Part shown: piece by piece, positions 28,072 to 36,850 of the stretch
Layout: the number at the start of each line of letters is the position of its first letter
How positions within the stretch are numbered: the stretch's first letter is position 1
NCBI GenBank assembly: GCA_965217585.1
Contig: OZ244561.1
Coordinates: forward strand, 4,832,001-4,896,000
Length of the DNA: 64,000 nucleotides
DNA from: Candidatus Latescibacterota bacterium
GTDB taxonomy: Bacteria > Latescibacterota > UBA2968 > UBA8231
Reading direction: 5' to 3'
The notes under the pieces: model-generated
Databases searched by the model: none
What the model saw: only the letters and a program-made list of their open reading frames with translations
Told to the model about the DNA's origin: nothing
Program-made: the position numbers and the translations under genes

Positions 28072-28332
28072 TCAGGAAAGGGCTTCGAGGCTCAATAAAT
28101 GGCAAAGTTCAATACCGTCATCCAACTCTTGCCAATAAATGGCAAAACCGCCCGGTTCTATGGACCAGTTGGCTCGTTGTTCGTCGGTTGCGCGGCGCAA
28201 CCAATCCAACCAATAAACGGTGTCCAACAGGATGCTGATTTCGCGCCCATCACTCAAGGCGACATATAGTAGATTATGGTCAAAACGGACGCTTGTTGCG
28301 GTAACGGTCTTTTTATCGGGAGAAATAAGCAT
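28072..28332 (-). CDS. DUF2442 domain protein (putative antitoxin)
   Basis: V.F....L.V.LSDGR.I......WL..AT.EQR.NW......I.W.ELD. Confidence 0.88.
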   Translation of the reverse strand: MLISPDKKTVTATSVRFDHNLLYVALSDGREISILLDTVYWLDWLRRATDEQRANWSIEPGGFAIYWQELDDGIELCHLLSLEALS

Positions 28333-28348
28333 TCCAAGCTTCCTCTAA
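28313..28348 (-). pseudogene. C-terminal remnant of the DUF4160 partner
   Basis: LEEAWNAYFSR* overlaps the DUF2442 start; rest of gene absent. Confidence 0.55.
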
Positions 28349-28547
28349 TGCTGGACTCCTCAGTGAGGCTAGGGGAAGTATAAACAAAGGTCCAAAAACC
28401 ACCAACAGGCGACTTCCGGTGCTTGTACTGCAATGTCCATGCCAGTACCGATAGTCTGATAGAGCAGCTTGTGGTCGGCGGAACGTTTTGCAGATTGTTT
28501 TGCGGCGAATTCTTGACAAGTCCGGCGGAAAAGCGTAACAAACAGCC

Positions 28548-30575
28548 ATGAAAAATCCCCTTCTTTGCGCCGTTCTCATCGCCGCCTTGAGCGTCCTGCC
28601 CGCCACTGCCGACACCATCGTCGTCGGTGCGAGCGGACTGGGCTGGCGCAGTGGTGGCGGCGAAATCCAAGCCAAGGTCATTCGCAGTGCCCAAAGCGTT
28701 GAGAACACCAACGCACCCGGCGGCGTTATCGACTTTGCACCCGCTAATTTTGCGGACTGGATTTTTCCCCAGCGCGCCGATACCACGCTAAACATCGCCC
28801 TCGAGGCCAACACCGAGTCGCGCGGCGGTTCGATCACCTCGCCCAACAACCTCAACGTCCGCGGCGAACTGGCCAAGCTCATCGACAACGATGGCCAAAG
28901 CGGCCTCGATCTGCGCTTGAGTGCCGGGGCCAAAAGCGCCCAGGTTTTGGGGTTGATCATCGACTTGGATTTGGGCGCGCGCTTTGGCATCGATCGCTTC
29001 CGCTTTTTTCCGCGCAACGCCGCGCCCGAATTCCCCGCGCCGAATTTCCCCTTCCAGAACGACTTCATGCGCAGCTTTGAGATCTTCATCAACGACGGCA
29101 CGCCGGACACCCAGCGCGAAGGGGTGCCCATCCGCACGAGCGTGGCGCTGGAGGGCCAAAACGAAGAGGCGGTTGTCGATATCCGCATCCCGCCGCAATA
29201 CGTGCGCTTCGTGCGGCTCAAGTCCCTGACGGCGCTGGGTTTTGACATTGCCGAGTTCCAGGTCTTCGGCACGGGCTTTGTCCCCGAGGCCGTCTATATA
29301 TCCAACATCTTCGACTTTGGCGATCTGGCGCTGTTGGGCCATGTGCGCTGGGTGCAGGAGCAGGTCGGCGACGCGCAGCTCTCGCGGGTCGCGGTGCGTA
29401 CGCGGACTGGCATTGATCCCGAGCCGGTAGAATTCAACAAGGTGCGGCCCGGCGAGCAGATCTTCCGCGTCGGTGGGGGCAATGTCGGGTTGCGGTCGGA
29501 TGGGGCTGGGGTCAGCAGCGGCACCGGGATCAGCGGGGGCTTGGGCACGAGCGAGGTGGGGGTGCCGTGGAAATTCGCCAAAGACATCGAAGACGAGGCG
29601 CTGCAAGCGCTGGTTGCGGAGATCCTCGACAACGAGGAAGTGGATTTGCGCGACGCCGTGCAGGCGTTTAAGGCGCTCTCGCAGCGCTATCTGGAGGAGG
29701 CAGTACAAGGCGACGATCCGTGGTGTGCATTCGTCAGCTTTGAGGAGCCGCACGATCCCTTTATCGCTGGCCGCGAATTTTACGACCGCTATGCAGAGCA
29801 AGAGCTGCTGCCGCCGCCCAATGCCGATGATGATCTGGCGGACCGGCCGGGGCTTTATCGGCGAGCGCAGGGCATTTGGCGTCAGCTCAACGAGGAGCAG
29901 AAGCGTGCAGCGCGGGCGTGTTATTTCGCGTCGATTAGCGAAATAGATGCCCAATTCGGGCGGGTGATCGACTTTCTCGCAGAGGCGGGCAAACTCGAGG
30001 ATACGATCGTTGTAATGTGCGCCGACCACGGGGATTTGTTGGGAGCGCACGGTCTGTTCTTCAAGGATATTTCCGCTTTTGAAGAAGTGTATCAGGTGCC
30101 GCTTATTGTGCGTGGCCCGGGGATTGCTATGGACGCTATTTGCCAGGGTCGAGTTGGCTTGCACGATTTGTGCCCGATGTTGTTGGAGCTGGCCGACTGC
30201 GAGCCTATTGCTGGAGCCGATGTCCGCTCTTTTGTCGAGCTGTTGCGCGAACCGGCCCATGTCGCCGACGAATGGACCCGAGGGTATGCCGAATACTTTG
30301 GCAACCGCCACCGGCTGACGCAGCGGGTGGTGTGGGATGGGACGTGGAAGTTTGTGTTTAACGGCTTTGATTTCGACGAGTTGTACCAGCTAGACGAAGA
30401 TCCATACGAAATGAAGAATCTGGCGCAGGATCCAGCCTATGACGAGCAGGTTAAAAAGATGACGCGGCTCTATTGGCGTTATGCCCGCGATACGGGTGAC
30501 ACGCCGCTTTTTGAAACGCTCTATCCCGCGCTGCGTTTGGGTGCGGTGGGACCGCTGGCGGCGGATGAAGATTAG
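28548..30575 (+). CDS. Chimeric ORF: secreted-protein N-half fused to sulfatase C-half
   Basis: Signal peptide and IDLDLG.RF.I.R.RFFPR region, then PW...SF..PHDP, DTIVV..ADHGD.LG.HGL..K, ELY.L..DPYE..NLA; no CxPxR motif. Confidence 0.75.
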   Translation: MKNPLLCAVLIAALSVLPATADTIVVGASGLGWRSGGGEIQAKVIRSAQSVENTNAPGGVIDFAPANFADWIFPQRADTTLNIALEANTESRGGSITSPNNLNVRGELAKLIDNDGQSGLDLRLSAGAKSAQVLGLIIDLDLGARFGIDRFRFFPRNAAPEFPAPNFPFQNDFMRSFEIFINDGTPDTQREGVPIRTSVALEGQNEEAVVDIRIPPQYVRFVRLKSLTALGFDIAEFQVFGTGFVPEAVYISNIFDFGDLALLGHVRWVQEQVGDAQLSRVAVRTRTGIDPEPVEFNKVRPGEQIFRVGGGNVGLRSDGAGVSSGTGISGGLGTSEVGVPWKFAKDIEDEALQALVAEILDNEEVDLRDAVQAFKALSQRYLEEAVQGDDPWCAFVSFEEPHDPFIAGREFYDRYAEQELLPPPNADDDLADRPGLYRRAQGIWRQLNEEQKRAARACYFASISEIDAQFGRVIDFLAEAGKLEDTIVVMCADHGDLLGAHGLFFKDISAFEEVYQVPLIVRGPGIAMDAICQGRVGLHDLCPMLLELADCEPIAGADVRSFVELLREPAHVADEWTRGYAEYFGNRHRLTQRVVWDGTWKFVFNGFDFDELYQLDEDPYEMKNLAQDPAYDEQVKKMTRLYWRYARDTGDTPLFETLYPALRLGAVGPLAADED

Positions 30576-30613
30576 GACTGGGACGAGATCTCGCAAAAAT
30601 AGAGGAGCTATCG

Positions 30614-31774
30614 ATGGCACGAGATATCAAGATCACTCGCATCACTACGACGCATTTCGACTACGAGATCGCCGATATGGAGTTGGAGGAGCAATTGGGC
30701 TTTGACACGGTCTATAGAAAAGGAGGTCGTCTGTCTCAGCGCGGCGGCTTTCTGACCATCGAGACCAGCGCCGGGGTCAGCGGCACTGCGCCCGGCGGCA
30801 TCGACGCCCGCACGGCGCAGTACTTGCTCGGCCGCAACCCATTGGACCGCGAGATCATCTGGCACGATCTCAAGCGCTCGCGGCGCGGCCAAGATGGCAC
30901 GCCGCCCGGTTCGGCAGATGAGGCGCTGTGGGATTTCGCCGGCAAACTCTACGACGCGCCGATCTACGAGCTTTTAGGCGGGGGCTGGCGCAAGAAGTTG
31001 CCGGCCTACGCCTCGACCTACCACGGCGACGAAAACGGTGGTTTGACGACGCCGGACGACTTCGCGCAATTCGCGCTGCGCTGCAAGGAGCAATACGGCT
31101 ATCCGGCGTTTAAAATCCACGGCTGGGTCAACGGGCCGATCGACCGCGAGGTAGCGGCGGTGTTAGCCATCCGCGCGGCGGTGGGCGACGATATGGATCT
31201 GTTGCTCGATCCGGCCGGGTGTTTTCCCACTTTTGAGGACGTGCTCAAGGTGGGGCGCGCCTGTGACGAGGCGCGCTATATGTGGTATGAAGACCCGTTT
31301 AGGGGCGGTGGGTTTTCGCGCTTTGCCCACGCCAAGCTGCGCGAGCTGATCAAGACGCCGATGCTGATGGGCGAACACGTGCGCGGGCTGGAGGCCAAGG
31401 CCGATACGATTACCGCCGGTGCCACTGACTTCGTGCGCGCCAATAGCAGCGCCGATGGCGGCATCACCGGGGTGATGAAGATCGCCGCTATGGCCGAGTC
31501 GCACGGGCTGGACGTGGAGTTGCACGGCGGCAGTCTGGCGCATCGCCACATCATGGCGACCTTGCGCAATGCCAACTATTACGAGTTGGGCTTGGTGCAT
31601 CCTCTGGTCAAAGATACCAAGCCGGCGGTTTACAGCGAGCGGCGCTGGCTCGACGAGTTGGATTCAGTGGATGAAAATGGCTGCGTGGAAGTGCCAGAAG
31701 GGCCGGGGTTGGGCGTGGAGGTGGACTGGGATTGGATCGAGGACCACAAGACCGGGGAAACGGTTTACGAGTAG
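30614..31774 (+). CDS. Mandelate racemase/muconate lactonizing (enolase superfamily) enzyme
   Basis: ALWD.AGK....PIYELLGG, FKIH, LLLD, WYEDP, MGEH, PGLGVE.D. Confidence 0.9.
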   Translation: MARDIKITRITTTHFDYEIADMELEEQLGFDTVYRKGGRLSQRGGFLTIETSAGVSGTAPGGIDARTAQYLLGRNPLDREIIWHDLKRSRRGQDGTPPGSADEALWDFAGKLYDAPIYELLGGGWRKKLPAYASTYHGDENGGLTTPDDFAQFALRCKEQYGYPAFKIHGWVNGPIDREVAAVLAIRAAVGDDMDLLLDPAGCFPTFEDVLKVGRACDEARYMWYEDPFRGGGFSRFAHAKLRELIKTPMLMGEHVRGLEAKADTITAGATDFVRANSSADGGITGVMKIAAMAESHGLDVELHGGSLAHRHIMATLRNANYYELGLVHPLVKDTKPAVYSERRWLDELDSVDENGCVEVPEGPGLGVEVDWDWIEDHKTGETVYE

Positions 31775-31933
31775 AGCACGGTGGTGCGCACGGTGGCGGT
31801 GGGTATTAACCCGATGCGAGAAATGCCAATATCGACGATATTTTATTGCGCAAGTAACCGCTGAGTTTGATAAAGCTCAAGTCTTTAGTTGCTGCTTGGG
31901 AAATACCGATGGAGGATTTTAAGGAAGGGACTT

Positions 31934-33253
31934 ATGGACCTTGAGTTGAAAATTGAGAATTTGGGGCCAATCGACAAGGCGACTATCCAAGTTGGTCGGT
32001 TCACGGTATTCGCCGGGCCGAATAACACGGGCAAGACGTTCGTGTCGAAGATGCTTTATTCAATTCTTAGTGCTATGAACGCGAATCATGCGCTAGTATT
32101 TTTTGATGTGATAGCCCGCGGCATAGAATCGAATTTGCAACTTTTCGAGCAGAGCGGTCGAGCGATAGAAGAACGCCCCTTGTCCGCAATTAGAAGGGCA
32201 CTCCAAAAGATCAACTCTATCCTACGGGAGGTGTTCCCAAGTCATCCGATCCAAGATGAACTTGACAAGCTCAGGGCGGTACAACCCGCGTTGATCGTTG
32301 AAATCAAGGAGATAAAAGTCCATTCCCAAATCCTTAAAAACAACTTTCATGTCGATCTTGAATCCTCCATAGACACTTTGGAAGAGTTTCTCGGGGATGT
32401 GGAAAAGGCGATTACTTTGGGGTGGTATTTCAGGCTTCGCCAGAACGTACACAGAAATTTTCAAGCATCTGATCTTTCAAATTTCAAAGGGGACGACGAT
32501 TCCTCTTTGTCTTTCAGGGTCCAAGGAGTGGGGAAATTAAGGATAACAAAAGAAAATCTTTTTGATCTCGATCACGATCCACAAATCGTTCAGAAAATGC
32601 AATCATTCCCAGAAGCCTTCTATTTCGAGTCTCCGCTTTATTGGAAACTGAAAAATGCTTTGGAGTCGATTAAGCTAGACTCACGTTCTCCTTTCGGGGC
32701 TTCTTTGAACGGCGTCCCAGATTACTTCTACGATATGGCCGTTGCCCTCAGAAGGAGGCGGATCGAACATCCTTTCTCCGGAATACATGAAAGTCTGCAT
32801 AAGGCGATTGGCGGGCAGATTTCGTTGAGTGAAGCGGGTGATCTTGAATTCCAGAAAAACGGCAAGTCGATTCCGCTCTCTCTCACGTCGGCGGGAGTTG
32901 CAAATATGGGAATGTTGGCCTTGCTGATTGAGCGAGGAGCCTTAGAGCGTGGCTCTTTTCTTTTTATTGATGAACCTGAGTCGAATCTCCATCCGGCTTG
33001 GCAAGTTGAAATGGCGGCGTTCCTTTTTGAATTAGCCCGTCAGGGTGTCAACGTGGTGGTCTCTACCCATAGCATGACGATCCTCAAGTGGCTTGAGGTG
33101 CATGTAAAGGAAAAACCGGAAGACCGGGAACTCGTCAGGTTGAATAAGTTTCCGCCGGACGCCGAATGGAACGACGACATGGACGCGGTGATGGCAGAAG
33201 TTAAACAGTCATTGACTAAGCCCTACTCTGATCTCTACATCAAAGGGCTGTAG
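31934..33253 (+). CDS. ABC-type AAA ATPase (AAA_15/AAA_21, AbiEii-like)
   Basis: IENLGPI, Walker A GPNNTGKT, TSAG signature, FIDEPESNLHP, STHS; AT-richer. Confidence 0.9.
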   Translation: MDLELKIENLGPIDKATIQVGRFTVFAGPNNTGKTFVSKMLYSILSAMNANHALVFFDVIARGIESNLQLFEQSGRAIEERPLSAIRRALQKINSILREVFPSHPIQDELDKLRAVQPALIVEIKEIKVHSQILKNNFHVDLESSIDTLEEFLGDVEKAITLGWYFRLRQNVHRNFQASDLSNFKGDDDSSLSFRVQGVGKLRITKENLFDLDHDPQIVQKMQSFPEAFYFESPLYWKLKNALESIKLDSRSPFGASLNGVPDYFYDMAVALRRRRIEHPFSGIHESLHKAIGGQISLSEAGDLEFQKNGKSIPLSLTSAGVANMGMLALLIERGALERGSFLFIDEPESNLHPAWQVEMAAFLFELARQGVNVVVSTHSMTILKWLEVHVKEKPEDRELVRLNKFPPDAEWNDDMDAVMAEVKQSLTKPYSDLYIKGL

Positions 33254-33254
33254 A

Positions 33255-33821
33255 ATGCCCTTATCCCAATTCGTCAAGCCAATAGAGTCTATAGAGTCTA
33301 TCGGCGACTTTAAAGCGTATCGAATGGACAGCACGAAGGGAGGGTCCAACATGCGCGACGATGCCGGACTTGGAACATGCGAGTGCTGCGACTATGTAAC
33401 AATCAGCAAGGACAACCAAAGCGTTTTTCTCATAGAGGAAACCAACTTAGAGTACACGATATATAATTTCAAACAGGATTATGATTACCTTGAAGAAGCC
33501 GATGAAAATAAATTGTTTTACGAGAAAATTCTTGGGGAGAATCGGCTTAAACTTTATGGATCGATGTTGGTCCTGTGTCGCCTGTCAAGCTTGCAGGACG
33601 ATGTGAAAGAATTTCTGCCGAAGGATAAGTTTCAATTCTGGCTCGTAACGACCGGCACCGCTCCGTCTCCGTTGGACTCTACTATATTGATGGACCACCT
33701 GAGCGATAGGTTGAGAATTGATCTGAAAAGTCCATTCGGAGGGATGATGAATGCGGTCGATATTATTCCGTCAACTAAGCTGGCCGAAAAACTATCGGAC
33801 GAAGCTATGGAAGTAGAATAA
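33255..33821 (+). CDS. Hypothetical protein, possible PD-(D/E)xK nuclease-like partner of the ATPase
   Basis: Starts 1 nt after ATPase stop; CECCDY...VFLIEET..E..LK pattern. Confidence 0.6.
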   Translation: MPLSQFVKPIESIESIGDFKAYRMDSTKGGSNMRDDAGLGTCECCDYVTISKDNQSVFLIEETNLEYTIYNFKQDYDYLEEADENKLFYEKILGENRLKLYGSMLVLCRLSSLQDDVKEFLPKDKFQFWLVTTGTAPSPLDSTILMDHLSDRLRIDLKSPFGGMMNAVDIIPSTKLAEKLSDEAMEVE

Positions 33822-33865
33822 ACGTTCTCAAACTGTATCCCATTCACTTCTGTTGAGGAAAAAAA

Positions 33866-34531
33866 ATGATTGATCTAAGCAAGTACCGCATTATCGACTT
33901 ATCGCACGAGATGGTTCCCGGAGAGAAGAAAATCGACGGGCACTATCTGCACGGCGAGCCCTTTTACGGCCGCTCGGTGGAGGTGCAGGAGTTTATGGCC
34001 TACGGGGCCCGGATGCACTTCATTCAGAGTCAGACGCACAATGGCACGCACTGCGAGGGGGCCTACAAATACCTCGATGAAGGACCGGACATGGCCGGCA
34101 TGCCATTGGCCTCGTACATTGGCGAGGCCGTGATCTGCGATTTTTCGCACAAGGGGGCAGGAGAGGGAATCAGTGCCGATGAATTTCGTCGGGCAGGGGT
34201 GAAAAGCGGCGATATCGTGCTGGTGCGCACCAACCCCGAACACAGCGGCGAGCTACCCTACTTTGAAGCTGATGTGCTGGATTTTTTTATTAAAACGCGG
34301 ATCAAATTGCTGGCCTCGAGCGGCGGTTTGTACTACGGCCCATCCACTGTGCCCAACGCCCACATTGACGCCGAGCGCCGGCTGCTGCAAGAGGGCATTC
34401 CCATGGTGGACGCCCTCTTGGGATTGGAGCAACTGACAAAGGACCGCGTCTTTTTCATCGCCCTGCCGATCAAGATGCAGCGGGTCACGGCTAGTTGGAC
34501 CCGGGCCATTGCCCTAGAAGAGATCGACTGA
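33866..34531 (+). CDS. Cyclase family (kynurenine formamidase-like) protein
   Basis: IIDLSH, THNGTHCE, GDIVLVRT, FIALP.K....ASWTRAIA. Confidence 0.88.
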   Translation: MIDLSKYRIIDLSHEMVPGEKKIDGHYLHGEPFYGRSVEVQEFMAYGARMHFIQSQTHNGTHCEGAYKYLDEGPDMAGMPLASYIGEAVICDFSHKGAGEGISADEFRRAGVKSGDIVLVRTNPEHSGELPYFEADVLDFFIKTRIKLLASSGGLYYGPSTVPNAHIDAERRLLQEGIPMVDALLGLEQLTKDRVFFIALPIKMQRVTASWTRAIALEEID

Positions 34532-34535
34532 GCGC

Positions 34536-35390
34536 TCAGCTCAGCGCGACGACTTCTTGTTCGACGATTTCCTTGAGGTGGCTAAAGGAGGCCGGTGCGG
34601 CTAGTTCCAAGGTTTCTGGCGAAAGTCGAGCCTTGACCTCCGGGGAGAAACGGTCTAGACCGCCGCGCACGCTTTCGTGCTGCTGCATGTAGCGCAGGGT
34701 GAGAAAGCGGCGGTCGCGGTCTTTGGGCACCCAAGAGAGCGCGCCGTGGGTGACTAATTCGGAGATGATGACCACATCGCCGGCCTTGGGCGTTACATTG
34801 AGCACTCCCTCGGGCACTTCGGTGCTGAAGTACTCGTCGTTGTATCCATCTGCCGTATAGCTATCGGGATAGAAAAGTGACCGCGGATAGTCGAAGTGGC
34901 TCTTGTGGCTACAGGGGAGAATAATAAGCCCGCCGTCGCCGGGATAGACGTCGGTCAGGTAGAAGAAGAAGACTAGGTCATTGCACTGGACTTTGCCGCC
35001 GATTGTGCTGTAGCGTCCCTGCTCTGGATTGCGGGCCGGTGACCCGGGGACGCCACCGTGCAGGGGATGGAAGGGCTTGCCGTGGACATCGACCATCAGA
35101 TTGCCGCTGGTCAGGCGCGGCCGATCGTCGGTCAACTCCTTGAGGACAGGCCAAGTTTTGGGGTGTAGGGTCAGCGATTCGAGGGGCTTGTCAAAGGCGA
35201 AGGCATTGATATACCAGTTGAAGTGCTCGCGCTCGAGATTGATTTCGAGGCCGGCGGGTACCTCCTCCGGCGGCGTGTCAATGTAGCGCTGAGCCGCGTC
35301 TTGGGCCGCCTGCAATTCCGCTCCTTGCAGTACGCCTTGGAGGTGAAGGTAGCCGGTCAAGTCGAAAAAATAGCGCTGTTCGGGGGTCAT
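34536..35390 (-). CDS. Phytanoyl-CoA dioxygenase (PhyH)-family Fe/2OG enzyme
   Basis: MTPEQRYFFDLTGYL, YLTDV.PGDGG...P.SHK, AGDVVI....THG, RR; ATG 35390 overlaps upstream stop. Confidence 0.88.
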   Translation of the reverse strand: MTPEQRYFFDLTGYLHLQGVLQGAELQAAQDAAQRYIDTPPEEVPAGLEINLEREHFNWYINAFAFDKPLESLTLHPKTWPVLKELTDDRPRLTSGNLMVDVHGKPFHPLHGGVPGSPARNPEQGRYSTIGGKVQCNDLVFFFYLTDVYPGDGGLIILPCSHKSHFDYPRSLFYPDSYTADGYNDEYFSTEVPEGVLNVTPKAGDVVIISELVTHGALSWVPKDRDRRFLTLRYMQQHESVRGGLDRFSPEVKARLSPETLELAAPASFSHLKEIVEQEVVALS

Positions 35391-36850
35391 GCCGCACCTC
35401 TTTGTGCAACGATTTGGAAGGAATAGAGCTGGCTTTGGCGCAGGCTGAAATGCAGGCGCACCGGCTCCTTGAGTTCTGCTAGCGTGCGGCCGCTGCGCCA
35501 CTGGACTTCGTGGGTCGTGCAATCTGCGTCCAGCGGCTGACACTCGCCTAGGGAAAAACCATCGATGACCGCCCCGTAAAGGGTGCGCACCTCGACGCGC
35601 ACCTCGCCCCGGCTGGCGTCGGCGTTGAGCCGGAGGGCGTTGCCCTCGTCAAAGCGCAGCGGTCGGGTCGTCAGACTTCCCGGCTGGTCTCCCGCGGCAA
35701 TAGAGACAAAGCCGTCCACGCGCAATTCGGCGATACCTAAGGCATCGCCGCGCAAAAGCCGGCCGTTGTGTTGCGTGCCCAATAAATCGTTGATGCCGAC
35801 GTGCGGAATATTCGAGCCGCGATAGTAGATGCGGATGCATTCGTCCTCGACTTGGACGTGGTCGATGTACAAGCGCTTTTCGTCCCAGGCTTGCTCGTCG
35901 CCGCCGAGGAAGACTTGGCGGTCGCAGACTCGCGTCCACTGGCGGCCGTCGCGGCTGAAGGTGAGTTGGGCGTCGATGGTGTAGTTGGTGCCCGCTAGCG
36001 GTTGGGAATCGCCGGTGAACTCGTGATAGACATTGAGAAACCCGAGGTAGGCACCTTGGTATGGCAGCACGGGCATATAGTAGAACTCAGTGCCAAGGCC
36101 GTCACGCTGGTCCGGGGTGAGTACTTCCTCGATGTGAGTCCACGAAGCGGCGTCAATGCTCTCGGCCCGCCCCATGCGCCGGGTGGGAAAAACCGAAGCG
36201 TCGTAGGGCACGCCTCGGTTGCGCCAGGTGCGCTTTCGGTGGTGGCCGTTGGGCCGCAAGTACATGACGTACAGTCCGTAGCGCTGGTCCCAAAACAGGG
36301 ACTGGGAGGCATCGCCTGTGGGGGCGATCACGGGATTGGGCTGATGCGCGGTCCAGCGCAGCCCATCGGCCGACCAAGCCATGCCCACTCCACCCCCGTA
36401 GTAGTAAGCCATTTTGTAGCGCCGCGCCGGGTCTTGTTCGCGTTCGTCTTTGGCGACCGTCATGTCATGGGCAAAGCCCGCAGGCAGGGCGAGCAGATTG
36501 TTGGCCGTTGACCCATTGAATTCGACGAGCCCCAGTTCGGGGCGCTCGAAGTGGATGCCATCCTCTGAGACGGCGTAACACAAGCCGGGGCTATTCACTT
36601 CGGGGTAAATGCTGTACCAGAGATTATATGTGCCTTTGTCGCGGTCCTTAGCTACATCGCAGTAGAGGAAGCGCTGTCCCTCCCAAGGTTTTTCCATCAC
36701 CAAGACGGGATTCTCCGCGAGTTTGCGCGGCTGATGCACAAAGCGGGCGGCGTTTTCCAGCGAATCGATCAGCAGATCATCGAGGAAGAGCTGGCGTTCG
36801 GGGCCGATATCGACGATGGGGGGCAGGCGTTCGACCAGCAGTTCGTTCAT
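35387..36850 (-). CDS. GH32/GH43-like beta-propeller protein with C-terminal beta-sandwich
   Basis: RQLFLDD, KPWE, YA.SEDGI.FERPELG.VEF.GS..NN, LRVDGFVS, L.LNAD. Confidence 0.8.
   Translation of the reverse strand: MNELLVERLPPIVDIGPERQLFLDDLLIDSLENAARFVHQPRKLAENPVLVMEKPWEGQRFLYCDVAKDRDKGTYNLWYSIYPEVNSPGLCYAVSEDGIHFERPELGLVEFNGSTANNLLALPAGFAHDMTVAKDEREQDPARRYKMAYYYGGGVGMAWSADGLRWTAHQPNPVIAPTGDASQSLFWDQRYGLYVMYLRPNGHHRKRTWRNRGVPYDASVFPTRRMGRAESIDAASWTHIEEVLTPDQRDGLGTEFYYMPVLPYQGAYLGFLNVYHEFTGDSQPLAGTNYTIDAQLTFSRDGRQWTRVCDRQVFLGGDEQAWDEKRLYIDHVQVEDECIRIYYRGSNIPHVGINDLLGTQHNGRLLRGDALGIAELRVDGFVSIAAGDQPGSLTTRPLRFDEGNALRLNADASRGEVRVEVRTLYGAVIDGFSLGECQPLDADCTTHEVQWRSGRTLAELKEPVRLHFSLRQSQLYSFQIVAQRGAA

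Noticed and set aside
28788-30311. Long antisense ORFs (e.g. 507 aa here, also 10104-11159, 40641-41588, 45269-46183)
   Set aside because: Shadows of GC-rich genes on the opposite strand with no motifs
33282-33301. ATAGAGTCT tandem duplication (IESIESI)
   Set aside because: In-frame 9-bp micro-duplication with no evident function
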